A stretch of 64,000 nt of DNA from Macrostomum lignano. Lineage: Eukaryota. Made by a program: the position numbers and the translations under genes. The stretch lies in NCBI GenBank assembly GCA_002269645.1, contig NIVC01000617.1:248001-312000 (forward strand), written 5' to 3'. The stretch's first letter is position 1, and the number at the start of each line of letters is the position of its first letter. Positions 40,765 to 53,815 of the stretch are shown one piece after another. The notes beneath the pieces are model-generated. The model did no database searches. It was given only the letters and a program-made list of their open reading frames with translations, and was not told the DNA's origin.

Positions 40765-41190
40765 TGCTTGAGGGTTGAATGTACATTAAGGCCTATCCTA
40801 TTCCTCTACACCAGTAGAGTTTATTGCCAACCCCACCTCTTTTACAACCACACAAATCCTGCGGGAGGGTTGAATGTACATCAAGGCCTATCCTATTCCT
40901 CTACACCAGTAGAGTTTATTGCCAACCCCACCTCTTTTACAACCACATAAATCCTGCGGGAGGGTTGAATGTACATCAAGGCCTATCCTATTCCTCTACA
41001 CCAGTAGAGTTTATTGCCAACCCCGCCTCTTTTATAACCACACAAATCCTGCGTGAGGGTTGAATGTACATTAAGGCCTATCCTATTCCTCTACACCAGT
41101 AGAGTTTATTGCCACTCTCCCGCTTTTTTACAACCACGCAAATCCTGCGGGAAGGTTGATTCCCGGTTGAATGTACATCAAGGCCTACCC
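40765..41190. repeat. 95-bp tandem repeat, about 4.3 copies
   Basis: GGGTTGAATGTACAT starts at 40772, 40867, 40962, 41057. Confidence 0.95.
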
Positions 41191-41839
41191 CTAACCCTCT
41201 TTAATCGGGCCTTGTTAATGTATAAGTATAATAAGAATGTACACTATGTGTGGCTGATAAATTTACATTGACGTCCCACCCTGATAAGCCGCCAGAAAGT
41301 ACATTGCAGAACAGAACCAAAGAGCCCCAAAATTGGTTCCTTATTTTTTACAATCCTTATCATTCTAACCTGTGGTCTGAATGTAGACTCGATTTGTACA
41401 GGTTTGAAACTAATAATGTACATTGGAAAGATCAATGCAAGGCCCCGGGGTATCCGGGCTGTCAAGTGACCAAGCTTTGCTTAGTATTGGGCATTGTTGA
41501 TGAAAATCTTTAACTTCCGCTAATGGTGAAAGCGTTTGTAATAAAGTGAAAAAGATTACACAAGTTTTCGTTAAAACAAAGTCTTGATTGTAAATAAGCG
41601 CTAATCCGTAAATTGAGCTTAAAAGCTTCCCAAGTTTTCTATTTTACTATCGAAGACTTCTTTTTAGGGCTAAGAAGTAAGAAAAGAACACTGCTGTGCC
41701 CTTGCTAAATCTTTCACTATTTACGATTAGCGACATGTTAAAGTTTCCACCCGAAACCAGTGAAAATCAACAAGTGCCAGCCAGCTTATACAGGACTGGC
41801 AGATATATGTATGGCCGTTTTGGCACTCGTGGGACCAAG

Positions 41840-42520
41840 CGCCCCTGGCGATGGCGCCCCTTGGATAGCGATGGCGTCTCTTGGATGGTGTGGCGCCCTT
41901 TATATAGCGATGGCGGGATGGTGTAGTGCCCTTTGTATAGCGATGGCGGGATGGTGTGGCGCCCTTTGTATAGCGATGGCGGGATGGTGTGGCGCCCTTT
42001 GTATAGCGATGGCGGGATGGTGTGGCGCCCTTTGTATAGCGATGGCGGGATGGTGTGGCGCCCTTTGTATAGCGATGGCGGGATGGTGTGGCGCCCTTTG
42101 TATAGCGATGGCGGGATGGTGTTGCGCCCTTTGGATAGCGATGGCGGGATGGTGTGGCGCCCTTTGGATAGCGATGGCGGGATGGTGTGGCGCCCTTTGG
42201 ATAGCGATGGCGGGATGGTGTGGCGCCCTTTGGATAGCGATGTTGGGATGGTGTGGCGCCCTTTGTATAGCGTTGGCGGGATGGTGTGGCGCCCTTTGTA
42301 TAGCGATGGCGGGATGGTGTGGCGCCCTTTGGATAGCGTTGGCGGGATGGTGTGGCGCCCTTTGTATAGCGATGGCGGGATGGTGTGGCGCCCTTTGGAT
42401 AGCGATGGCGGGATGGTGTGGCGCCCTTTAGATAGCGATGTTGGGATGGTGCGGCGCCCTTTGGATAGCGATGTTGGGATGGTGTGGCGCCCTTTGTATA
42501 GCGATGGCGCCCCTTGGATA
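41840..42520. repeat. 33-bp minisatellite
   Basis: Unit ATAGCGATGGCGGGATGGTGTGGCGCCCTTTGT. Confidence 0.95.
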
Positions 42521-44292
42521 ACTGAATCTGCATATCTGTTCGTGGGGAATAAATTTAATTGTAATCTACTTTCTTATCTCATCCTTTCCTCTTCATGTGC
42601 TCTTAGTTAAAATCCCAATATTCTAGAAAAGAAAGGATTTCTAAAGCCCATCCTTCCTAGTTAGTTCAATTTACCATCAATAAAGCCAGTTGACTCAAAT
42701 AGAGAAGTTACAAACGGTCGTGAACTAGCCAGCTGACTAACTAGCACATTAATCTATAATTCCATAAAAGAATTCAATTCTTCTGTATTAATCAAACCAT
42801 ATAGCTAATTGTATGCAAGGCATTGCATTTGGAGTGTAGCGCATGCCACTCCGCCTTCCAAGCTATGCACAATGGCTAGAATTGATTATTAATGCTTAGC
42901 GATGGCGGTACTAAGCCAGGCTCAATTCCAGGTACTTCTCCTCAAAGATCCAACACTATGCATCTACAATATCGCCTAGAATGCACTTCTTTATTTTGTA
43001 ATTGGATCCGCAGAAAAGCCCCGCTAAGCACGAAGCAACAAATCGAACTGATTTTTGCTCAGCATGTACTCAGTCAGGATTTCTATGTACAATAATTAAA
43101 GCTCAAACGTTAAAGGGTTGAATCTGGTGTTAAAGAAGAAGGCAGTCGTAGCAGTCAACAAATGTTTACGGCTATAAAATGAGTCAGAAGTCAGCAAGCA
43201 CTTTGGCTTTTTGTTTTCTGTTTAAGGCAGAATCAACGGGTAGATTACTCCAATTGATGAGAGCCATGTACTAGTTTAGTAGTCAGCAAGAGCTTTTCTA
43301 TTTCTCGACTCAAGTTTTCCGCAACTTTATTTAAACCTTGTCACATTAAGCATTTCTTCTTCGCTTTTTAGTCTATGGTTCAACCCAATCCCCATTTACT
43401 CAGCTAAAACTTCGTGCCACACAGGGTGATTGGTTGTTGGTTGGTCCTCATGGACGAGAATTGGACGACTACAGGCCTTAGCCAGTCGATTAGCGTATTC
43501 TATCAGGAAGGTTGTGGTGTCTACCCACGCTCACACCGAGTGTACACAATGGACCACTGTAGTATAACAAAACGTAGAACTCAAAGATCGTGTAATTTTT
43601 TTGGAGACCAACATGGTTGCTAAAAAAACTCACTTGTGCGTTTTTATTTATATCTTTCGCTTGGGCTTATGAAATGAAGAGAAAACAATAGTGAAAATGA
43701 AACTGTCACTACATAGCTAATATAAAATACAATTCATAGTAACGTAATTATGTTACACGAGTCACCTATTTGGCTACTCCTCGTTCGGCTACGTAAAAAT
43801 GGGGCGAAGCGTCTCACACTACCCAAATAAGTAGCAGGCACGGAATATTGTGAGTCGTACATCCAACGCTCTCAGCGAGCAGTCTCATTCCATCGTTAAT
43901 AGCCTGCTTAACAAGCAACGAACCGAGACGAAAAATGAGGAAAAGAAGCCGGGAGAAAAGATGGATGAATTTTTTTTAATCAAAGCCACGTCCAGCGCAT
44001 GACCTTTCAGCTGCAGCAGCGAGAGGAAGTCATGGGACGACAGTGTTGAAAATTAATGAAGAAACAAACCCATTGCTACTGAGTAACTAGTCGTTGGGTA
44101 GAAAAAGCGCATTTGCTTGAGCTCCTTCTAAGGACACGGGCCACGGGCTCTGCTATGCAGACTCAAAGCAGCGGACAAAATGATAAATAATCGATATTAA
44201 CTGCAAATACAGATGCGAGTATCCAGTGGGGTTGTGAGCAGACTCAATCCAGTGCCGAATAAGTATATACCATTCGTAGTGCATCAATCGAA

Positions 44293-44598
44293 GGTGGCTG
44301 TAGCCTAGTGGTTAGAGCGTCGGACTCACGACTTCAAGGTCGGGGGTTCGATTCCCGATCCCACTGGAACAGTTTGTGTCCTTGAGCAAGACACTTAACT
44401 CTGCATTGCTTCAGTTCACCCAGCTGTAAAATGGGTGTCAGCATTAGCTGGGGTAATTGAGGGTGTGTGTGGCGACCCCCCAGTCCTTGGACTGAACAGC
44501 CGTACGCAGCCTTCAGATGCTCCTCGCAATAGCTGCGGCTGAGCTGTCGGTTGCACATCTGGCCCAATTGGGACAGGTGTAATCAATTATTATTGATA
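44293..44598 (+). mobile_element. tRNA-derived CORE-type SINE (family A)
   Basis: tRNA head (TAGCCTAGTGG; GGTTCGATTCC) followed by GTGTCCTTGAGCAAGACACTTAAC..TTCAGTT..CTGTAAAATGGG resembling the MIR/CORE domain; AT-rich tail; second copy at 55746. Confidence 0.82.
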
Positions 44599-45329
44599 TT
44601 AATACTAATCAAATCACTGAATATAAAGTCTGCTATGCATATAGTCTCTTAGAGTTGCTTTGGCAACTAATTTCTGCTGCACATAGGTTTATATCCGCTA
44701 TCGATCTGCTGTGTGTATTATTAGAGAGAGATTGAGGGGGGAGAAGAGGAGAGTATTAGGGCAGCTCAAGCTGCAGTGGAAGTGTGTGACAACATTAATA
44801 GAGAAATGGCAGGATAAATGAGTACCATGCATAGGGACAGGGGGAGAAGTGCTGTAAAAAGTGAAATGGGTGCGTGCTGTAGTATAAGTAGTCGATTGAA
44901 GAGGGACATGAGGAGCAATATAGTACGAAGGCTATACCATGCCATGGTACCTATGGTGAAATAGGTACCATGCCATTGACGTTTGAGTGGGCTTAAAAAG
45001 AGGCTCAGTGATTTTCAATTATACAGTTCATTAGTCTTCTGAAAAATGGATTTTTGCTGATTTTACAGCAGTTTGTTAGAATGGAAGGCCTTGATTCAAT
45101 CTTGATGCAAGTTTGTCACCGGGCGCTATTGCGGTCATTGCTTGTCGAGCTTTGGTCAGATAGTCGTCCAAGTGCTGTCGTCTGCCAGTCGCTATCCAGG
45201 GATCCAAGATCATCGTTTGGGTGATCACCTTGTTGAGTCCTCGGTTGCACTGCCAGACAAGCCTTTGATGCCTTGGGATGCGATCGGATGTCAGAAGCCA
45301 CGCTGCCTCGAGAAGTTATATGTCAGTAT

Positions 45330-45578
45330 GGGCCGTAGCCCAGTGGTCTGGCGCGGCGCTCTGATGTGCCAGCGGCCCAGGCTCGATTCCCAGTGCAGTC
45401 ACATTAATTTGGGGGCTAAATCGGAATCTCGGCTTGGCTCTGCTCGTGCAGTTAACGTCATTGAGCGCCAACCCCCCAAGGCACAGTGAAGTGTACATGC
45501 CTAACGATAAATAAAATTAGAGCCGCTGTGCACTCCTGTGTGAGTGTGTGCCTGTGCGCATGACTGCGTACGTATCCG
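45330..45578 (+). mobile_element. tRNA-derived SINE family B, 3'-truncated copy
   Basis: High identity to the reverse complement of about 23365-23598; A/B box-like motifs. Confidence 0.8.
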
Positions 45579-46431
45579 TATTGCAGTAATGTATATGTTG
45601 ATATTAATAGTTAAACTTATGGTGTGATTTTTACATCGAAACCGCATTCATATCGGAGACGCAAAAAAACTTAGCAAGTAGTGCATTCATTGGGTTCTTT
45701 CTCTGCCCTTTTTTCATATCAGCCAGAATCTATTTTTAGTTGTCGCCTAATAGACACAGTCTGAATATAATTCCTTTCCAGTTACGGAGCCTACAGCCTA
45801 TCCATCAAAGTTTCTTTCAGCACTGTCAGACTTGGATTATTCAGATTGCGTATAGACTCTGCAGAGGGCCTAGCGAATCCACTGTACTGTCTGTCACACC
45901 CTGGCCAGTTGCGATTTGCATGCAAATGGAGCTTGCAGGCTGCTTTGAAGAAAAGGCCAAGTTAGAAGCTTTAATAAAAAAACCAAGTGCGATACACTGC
46001 GGAGGGGCTAAAGTCTAAAGGACTTTCTCTAGAAGGGTCTGGCAGTGTTCGTACTACGTATGGCTACTCACCAGGGATGGTCCCGGGAACGGGGTAACAG
46101 GGAGATAAAGAATAGCCAAAAGAAGAGATGAAAGCAGACAACACCGCGAGTAGATTATTTGGATGATTCTGGAGAAAAACACATCTTATGCATGGCGTTC
46201 TATTTCTGACTGCGTCTTCCATCCTGTTGGATTCTCTCTCTTGGGATTTCCGAACTGGTGGCTTCTCAGCTGATTAATGCTTGTGTGTACAGAGAATGCG
46301 GCATCTTATCTGTGACCAGGGACCAGCTTCCTTTCTACTTGGCATAATTGATTAGGTTTGCCCCGGTGGAACACCTCTCTGGTTCTACTGCTCTTCCGGG
46401 TGATGTTTGATGGCTTTAATTTTCATTTCTG

Positions 46432-47130
<699 letters not shown>

Positions 47131-48053
47131 AACAAAATGACTCACTGTATAGCGCAAGTCACGCACCACCGGGTCAGAAAGGAATTCACTTTTACAGTAT
47201 ATCTGACTCACAAAGGGTTCCCATCTGAAATCAGGGGGAGCAGCCACTGATAAAATGTCGAAGTCTTTAAATAACGCTTTGATAATCTTTTAATCTTTCT
47301 GCAGCAGGCGCAGCAACTGCTCTGAGCCCAGCTCTCTCTCTCTCTCTAAATTTCACTTCATCAAGCTTCGGCTGGGGCCTCTTTAAATTACACAAAGCAT
47401 TCGGTTCTCCTCCTCGTTTGAGCACTCGGAAGTTGAAGCAAAATTCTTGCAACACTAAAGAGGAGAGTAGAGTTGAGTAATGCAGGCCAAGAGTTTTGAA
47501 GTGGTCCGCCAAGTATCCATGCTCAGCGGTCCTTGCCGCTCTCTTGACTCGCGCGTAGTTCTCATCATTCTGCTCATGAAAATGTTTTTATCCCCCGCTT
47601 GCCGAGAATCAGGGTGGAGGCGGGATTCGAGAATATGCGATGCGGGCCAGGACTCCGGTTCCTTCGGAGGAGGATCGGGGGGGGGGAGAAATGTATTTTA
47701 TGGTCCCCCGCGTCTCTCCCTGCCCGCCCTCGACTCGTGGAAGCTGGCAGCTACATCTTATTTCCAAGGCTCCATTAGCTCTTCATCTAGCGGAGGCAAC
47801 CGCCGCCCCCACCCACCCTGGCTGCTGGAACCCGTCCGTTCCCCATTTGCCATGCTCCGGCACTCTTCTGCTTTTTTCTCCTGGGCCCTCCTCTACTTAC
47901 TCAACTGGACTCGCCAACCCCGATCCCCCGGGCCGCTTCTCCTCTCTCCGACAGTCTTGGCGAAGATTCGCTCAGCTTGAATCTCTGACCAGGGATCGCG
48001 GCGCTTGCTAAATTGGGGCGGCGGGGGGGGGGCAGCCAGCCCGCTGATCAGGG

Positions 48054-48057
48054 ATGG
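48054..48057 (+). CDS. Candidate first exon contributing only ATG+G
   Basis: GGGATGG|gtaagc at the end of a GC-rich region (47.5-48.0 kb); in-frame stop just upstream; phase 1. Confidence 0.5.
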
Positions 48058-48252
48058 GTAAGCAGAGGAGAAAAGCTACCGAACAGACACTGCTTCTTGT
48101 GCGGCTTCTTTTGCTAGTTGAAATTTCTGCTTCAGATTGGAAACTATGTTAGTTCAAGGCTTAGTGCTTGATTTAGCTGTCGAAAGGACAATATTATTTT
48201 AAAAAGAAAACTACATTTCTGAATTGAGAGATAAACCAGACTAAACGGTACT

Positions 48253-48637
<385 letters not shown>

Positions 48638-49024
48638 GCAGTAAGACTGAGAAGTGAAACGGCTTGGGCGGATGAATATGCATAATGAGATGCCCAAACT
48701 ATAGCCATCAGAAATTGATCGCAAGCCTCTACATTGTAGCTTTATCCTTTCCTGGACTCCCAACTAAGCAACTGGACACTGATTGCACAGAAATCTGATC
48801 CAGACTCCAAACTAGGCGAAGTATTGAAGTACTTTCAATAAGTATTGCTGGCCACCACTTGGTTGAGTTGTCAATGGACTGAAACTGAGACTTGAGAGCT
48901 AATTGTTGACAAGACAGAACTCTTTCTATCCTCTTTTTTGGAGTGTATAATACCGCTATTCCTCTTCTACGCTCGTAATTACCCATAGCTGTTTACCTAC
49001 TGTTCACGGATCACTAGTTTCCCA

Positions 49025-49760
49025 ACGTTCCCAATTCCCTCAAATCTGCCACTATTTTCCCAACTCCCTCAAATCTGCCACTATTTTCCCAATTCCCTCA
49101 AATCTGCCACTATTTTCCCAATTCCCTCAAATCTGCCACTATTTTCCCAACTCCCTCAAATGTGCCACTATTTTCCCAATTCCCTCAAATCTGCCACTAT
49201 TTTCCCAACTCCCTCAAATCTGCCACTGTTTTCCCAATTCCCTCAAATCTGCCACTATTTTCCCAATTCCCTCAAATCTGCCACTATTTTCCCAACTCCT
49301 CAAATGTGCCACTATTTTCCCAACTCCTCAAATCTGCCACTATTTTCCCAACTCCTCAAATGTGTCACTATTTTCCCAACTCCTCAAATGTGCCACTATT
49401 TTCCCAACTCCTCAAATCTGCCACTATTTTCCCAACTCCTCAAATGTGCCACTATTTTCCCAACTCCTCAAATGTGCCACTATTTTCCCAGCTCCTCAAA
49501 TGTGCCACTATTTTCCCCACTCCTCAAATGTGCCACTTTTTTCCCCACTCCTCAAATGTGCCACTATTTTCCCAACTCCTCAAATGTGCCACTATTTTCC
49601 CAACTCATCAAATCTGCCACTATTTTCCCAACTCCTCAAATGTGTCACTATTTTCCCAACTCCTCAAATCTGCCACTATTTTCCCAACTCCTCAAATGTG
49701 CCACTATTTTCCCCACTCCTCAAATGTGCCACTATTTTCCCCACTTCTCAAACCTGCCAC
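49025..49760. repeat. 29-bp grading into 28-bp minisatellite
   Basis: CCCTCAAATCTGCCACTATTTTCCCAACT then CCTCAAATGTGCCACTATTTTCCCAACT. Confidence 0.95.
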
Positions 49761-50572
49761 TCAAGCCGATGAAGCTTCAATGCAGATTCCTAATAGTCTT
49801 TCCTGTTTTAATATGAGCAAGAAGACAAAATCTCACTTCTCCACGCAGACCCGAGAATGTCTTCCATCCTATTTTCTCTGCCTGCGGGTCTGCAGCCCAG
49901 TGTGAGCTAAGCACTGCATCAACTCCTGCTCAATATTCTGTTCACATCCCTTCAGCCTCTCAGCTCCCTTTTCCAAATTCTAGCTCGCATTGTTTCCAAA
50001 TTCTCCTGACTCCGATACAGCTTTCTATCAGGCAGGCGCATCTCCCATTTTTGGGGGATTTGGGGGGGGGGGGTAAAAATCCAGCACAACACCCCATCCC
50101 GTGAGTCCCCGCTTCATTCTGGGGGGGGGCTGTTTTGAGTAGGGAAAAGGAAGAGATGCGACACGCTTTACTCGACACCGCAAGCATGCCCTGCATCAAT
50201 CCTGTCTCCCTCATCCCCTTTAGTTCAGCTTCCCTCCCGCACTGCTTTCGCCATTGCTGGTGGCGGCGGACCCCCCGCTCGATTGGGCAGCAGGCTCGCA
50301 TAGTGCATAGGAGGGGGGATGGGATACGGTGGGCGATGAGCATAGGGAAGAAAAAAGCTGTCCCCTATTTGGAGAATAGCTTGCTTGCAGTGTTTTATTC
50401 GCGTTCAGCCCCAAAGTAGCAGAGAGCGGAGGAAGGTCTCAAGCCAGCGTGACTTGCAACGGTTTAATGGCGACGAAGGCTGAGTGAAGAAATCACAGAA
50501 AAAAAGCATCACCTTAAAGACTCGCAGAGCTACTAAATAAATTAACCAATAAGATCCCCAAAACTGAGAGCT

Positions 50573-50678
50573 ATGAGCATATCGGAGTCGCAGCGCGAAT
50601 ACCCTCACCATCCGGTGCCGGTCATGGGCCCCATGCGTGTCGGCAGCATGCGCAAGGACGGCGTTCGGGAGTCCATTG
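50573..50678 (+). CDS. Candidate alternative first exon of stomatin-like gene (MSISESQREYPHHPVPVMGPMRVGSMRKDGVRESI)
   Basis: A-rich leader, GCTATGA start, donor ATT G|gtgagc; 106 nt = phase 1. Confidence 0.72.
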
Positions 50679-50814
50679 GTGAGCGGCTGTTAGCGGGCCA
50701 CTGATACGAGTATTCTCTCAAGATGATCTGTTCTCAAATGTATGGGTTCTGTTCTCATTTAAATTTAATCTGCTCTCACGCGATCTCAATCTACTCCTAG
50801 CCCGATCTCGCTAC

Positions 50815-52430
50815 AACTCACACCCTGTCTCGATCTATTCTCACTCTGCTTCGAGTTACTCTCAACCTGTCTTGATCTATTCTCACCCTGCTTCGAGCTA
50901 CTCTCAACCTGTCTTGATCTATTCTCACCCTGCTTCGAGCTACTCTCAACCTGTATTGATCTATTCTCACCCTGCTTCGAGCTACTCTAAACCTGTCGTG
51001 ATCTATTCTCACCCTGCTTCGAGCTACTCTCAACCTGTCTTGATCTATTCTCACTCTGCTTCGAGCTACTCTCAACCTTTCTCGATCTACTCTCACCCTG
51101 CTTCGAGCTACTCTCAACCTGTCTCGATCTACTCTCACCCTGCTTCGAGCTACTCTCAACCTGTCTTGATCTACTCTCACCCTGCTTCGAGCTACTCTCA
51201 ACCTGTCTTGATCTATTTTCACCCTGCTTCGAGCTACTCTCACCCTGTCTCGATCTACTCTCACCCTGCTTCGAGCTACTCTCAACCTTTCTCGATCTAC
51301 TCTCACCCTGCTTCGAGCTACTCTCAACCTTTCTCGATCTACTCTCACCCTGCTTCGAGCTACTCTCAACCTTTCTCGATCTACTCTCACCCTGCTTCGA
51401 GCTACTCTCAACCTTTCTCGATCTACTCTCACCCTGCTTCGAGCTACTCTCAACCTTTCTCGATCTACTCTCACCCTGCTTCGAGCTACTCTTAACCTTT
51501 CTCGATCTACTCTCACCCTGCTTCGAGCTACTCTCAACCTGTCTCGATCTACTCTCACCCTGCTTCGAGCTACTCTCAACCTGTCTCGATCTACTCTCAC
51601 CCTGCTTCGAGCTACTCTCAACCTGTCTTGATCTATTCTCACTCTGCTTCGAGCTACTCTCAACCTTTCTCGATCTACTCTCACCCTGCTGGGAGCTACT
51701 CTCAACCTTTCTCGATCTACTCTCACCCTGCTTCGAGCTACTCTCAACCTGTCTTGATCTATTTTCACCCTGCTTCGAGCTACTCTCACCCTGTCTCGAT
51801 CTACTGTCACCCTGCTTCGAGCTACTCTCAACCTTTCTCGATCTACTCTCACCCTGCTTCGAGCTACTCTCAACCTGTCTTGATCTACTCTCACCCTGCT
51901 TCGAGCTACTCTCACCCTGTCTCGATCTACTGTCACCCTGCTTCGAGCTACTCTCAACCTTTCTCGATCTACTCTCACCCTGCTTCGAGCTACTCTCAAC
52001 CTGTCTTGATCTACTCTCACCCTGCTTCGAGCTACTCTCAACCTTTCTCGATCTACTCTCACCCTGCTTCGAGCTACTCTCAACCTTTCTCGATCTACTC
52101 TCACCCTGCTTCGAGCTACTCTCAACCTGTCTTGATCTATTCTCACCCTATCTTGATCTACGCGATTATTATCAGTCGGTTTCGATCCATTCTCACTTTT
52201 TCTTGGTCTATTCTCAATCTGTCTCGACCAATTCTCACCCTTTCTCGATCTATTCTCACCCTTTCTCGATCTATTCTTATCCTGTCTTGATCTATTTTCA
52301 CACCGCCTCGATCTATTCTTTCTTTCTGGATCTATTCTCACTTTGTATCAATCTATTATCAACAGATTCTTATCCAATCTCGATTGATCTAGTCTCACCC
52401 ATTTATCGATCTATTCTCAGCTACCGATCT
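50815..52430. repeat. 42-bp minisatellite (dimer of 21-mers) decaying into 21-bp monomers
   Basis: TCTACTCTCACCCTGCTTCGA + GCTACTCTCAACCTGTCTCGA; monomeric degenerate tail from about 52150. Confidence 0.94.
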
Positions 52431-53144
52431 TGACGAATCCTCCACCAATCGCACTCTGTTCTCACCCTATCTCCACCCGTTCCCGATGGCTAACCCAATT
52501 CTTACTTATGTAAACCCAATCTATGCCGAATTTGGTTCTCCAAGCCAGTTCCAATCGGTAAAATCAGGGACTCAACGCGCTCGTTAGAGAATTTCTAGGC
52601 CTATTTTTTTTCAAACCGCGCTAGCTGCTTGCGTCATTCCCCGAGCTGAGAGACTTTGGTCAGTCTATGTTCAAGAATCGAATCCAATCCAATCAGTAGA
52701 GAGAAGCTGTGACGCAACAAGCTCTGTTTAGCTTCTTTTCAGTAGTACCAGGCAACCTGCCCGCCCCCATACTCAGGGCCCACTAAAGTAGTAACTGCTT
52801 CTTTTTGAGCTCCTGAGACAGCATAATTAAGCAGCGTTGGACAAGTAGAGGCAGAGGCTGCCGCTGCCGTACACTCAATATGCAGCTGCAGCAAAAACAA
52901 GCACGACTAGAAAGAGACTGGACCGCAGCAGCAATTCTTGTTGAATAATTTACAGCGGCAGCTTGCGAAACTGGCTCTCTGGGGCTTCCCCTTGGCTCTT
53001 GCTGCGTCTGCTTTCTGTCAAAGCGCCTCTGCGCTCCCTCGCCTCATGTCTCCAGCCTCTTTATCAAGCACTGAACGGCTCGGGGTTTCTTTTGCTTGCA
53101 TGACCCGCGAATAGCGGCTAATAGTCGTAAGAGTAGCATTTATC

Positions 53145-53154
53145 ATGCATTCGG
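53145..53154 (+). CDS. Candidate micro first exon (MHS)
   Basis: ATCATG CAT TCG G|gtgagg, phase 1. Confidence 0.3.
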
Positions 53155-53261
53155 GTGAGGATGAGCTATTGGCAGAGAATTCCGAACAGAAGGCAAACAA
53201 ACATTCGAACAGTACACGGCTCAAACTCTTTCCTTGTACGTTGAGGAAGCTATTACCCACA

Positions 53262-53815
53262 ATCAATGTACATTGAGAAAGCTCTTACCCCCGCAATGTA
53301 CATTGAGGAGACTCTTAACACCTCAGTGTTCATTGAGGAAGCTCTTACCCACTCAGTGTACATTGAGGAAGCTCTTACCCACTCAGTGTACATTGAGGAG
53401 TCTCTAACCCACCCAGTGTACATTGAGGAAGCTCTTACCCCCTCAGTGTACATTGAGGAGGCTCTTAACACCTCAGTGTTCATTGAGGAAGCTCTTATCC
53501 ACTCAGTGTACATTGAGGAGACTCTTAACACCTCAGTGTTCATTGAGGAAGCTTTTAACCACCCAGCGTACATTGAGGAAGCTCTTACCCACAAGCAATG
53601 TACATTGAGAAAGCTCTTACCCCCTCAATGTACATTGAGGAGGCTCTTAACACCTCAGTGTTCATTGAGGAAGCTCTTACCCACTCAGTGTAAATTGGGG
53701 AGGCTCTTACCGTGTAAATTTAGGAGGCTCTCACCCACTCAGTGTACATTTAGGAAGCTCTTACCCACCCAGTGTACATTGTGGAGTCTCTAGCCCACTC
53801 AGTGAACATTAAGAA
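53262..53815. repeat. 30-bp minisatellite
   Basis: Unit CAGTGTACATTGAGGAAGCTCTTACCCACT. Confidence 0.94.

Noticed and set aside
44293-44366. tRNA gene (CAC anticodon-like loop)
   Set aside because: Anticodon and acceptor stems do not pair; continues into a SINE body
50818-52341. 507-aa Arg-rich ORF resembling an SR/RD splicing protein
   Set aside because: Translation of a 42-bp minisatellite open in several frames; no domains or splice support
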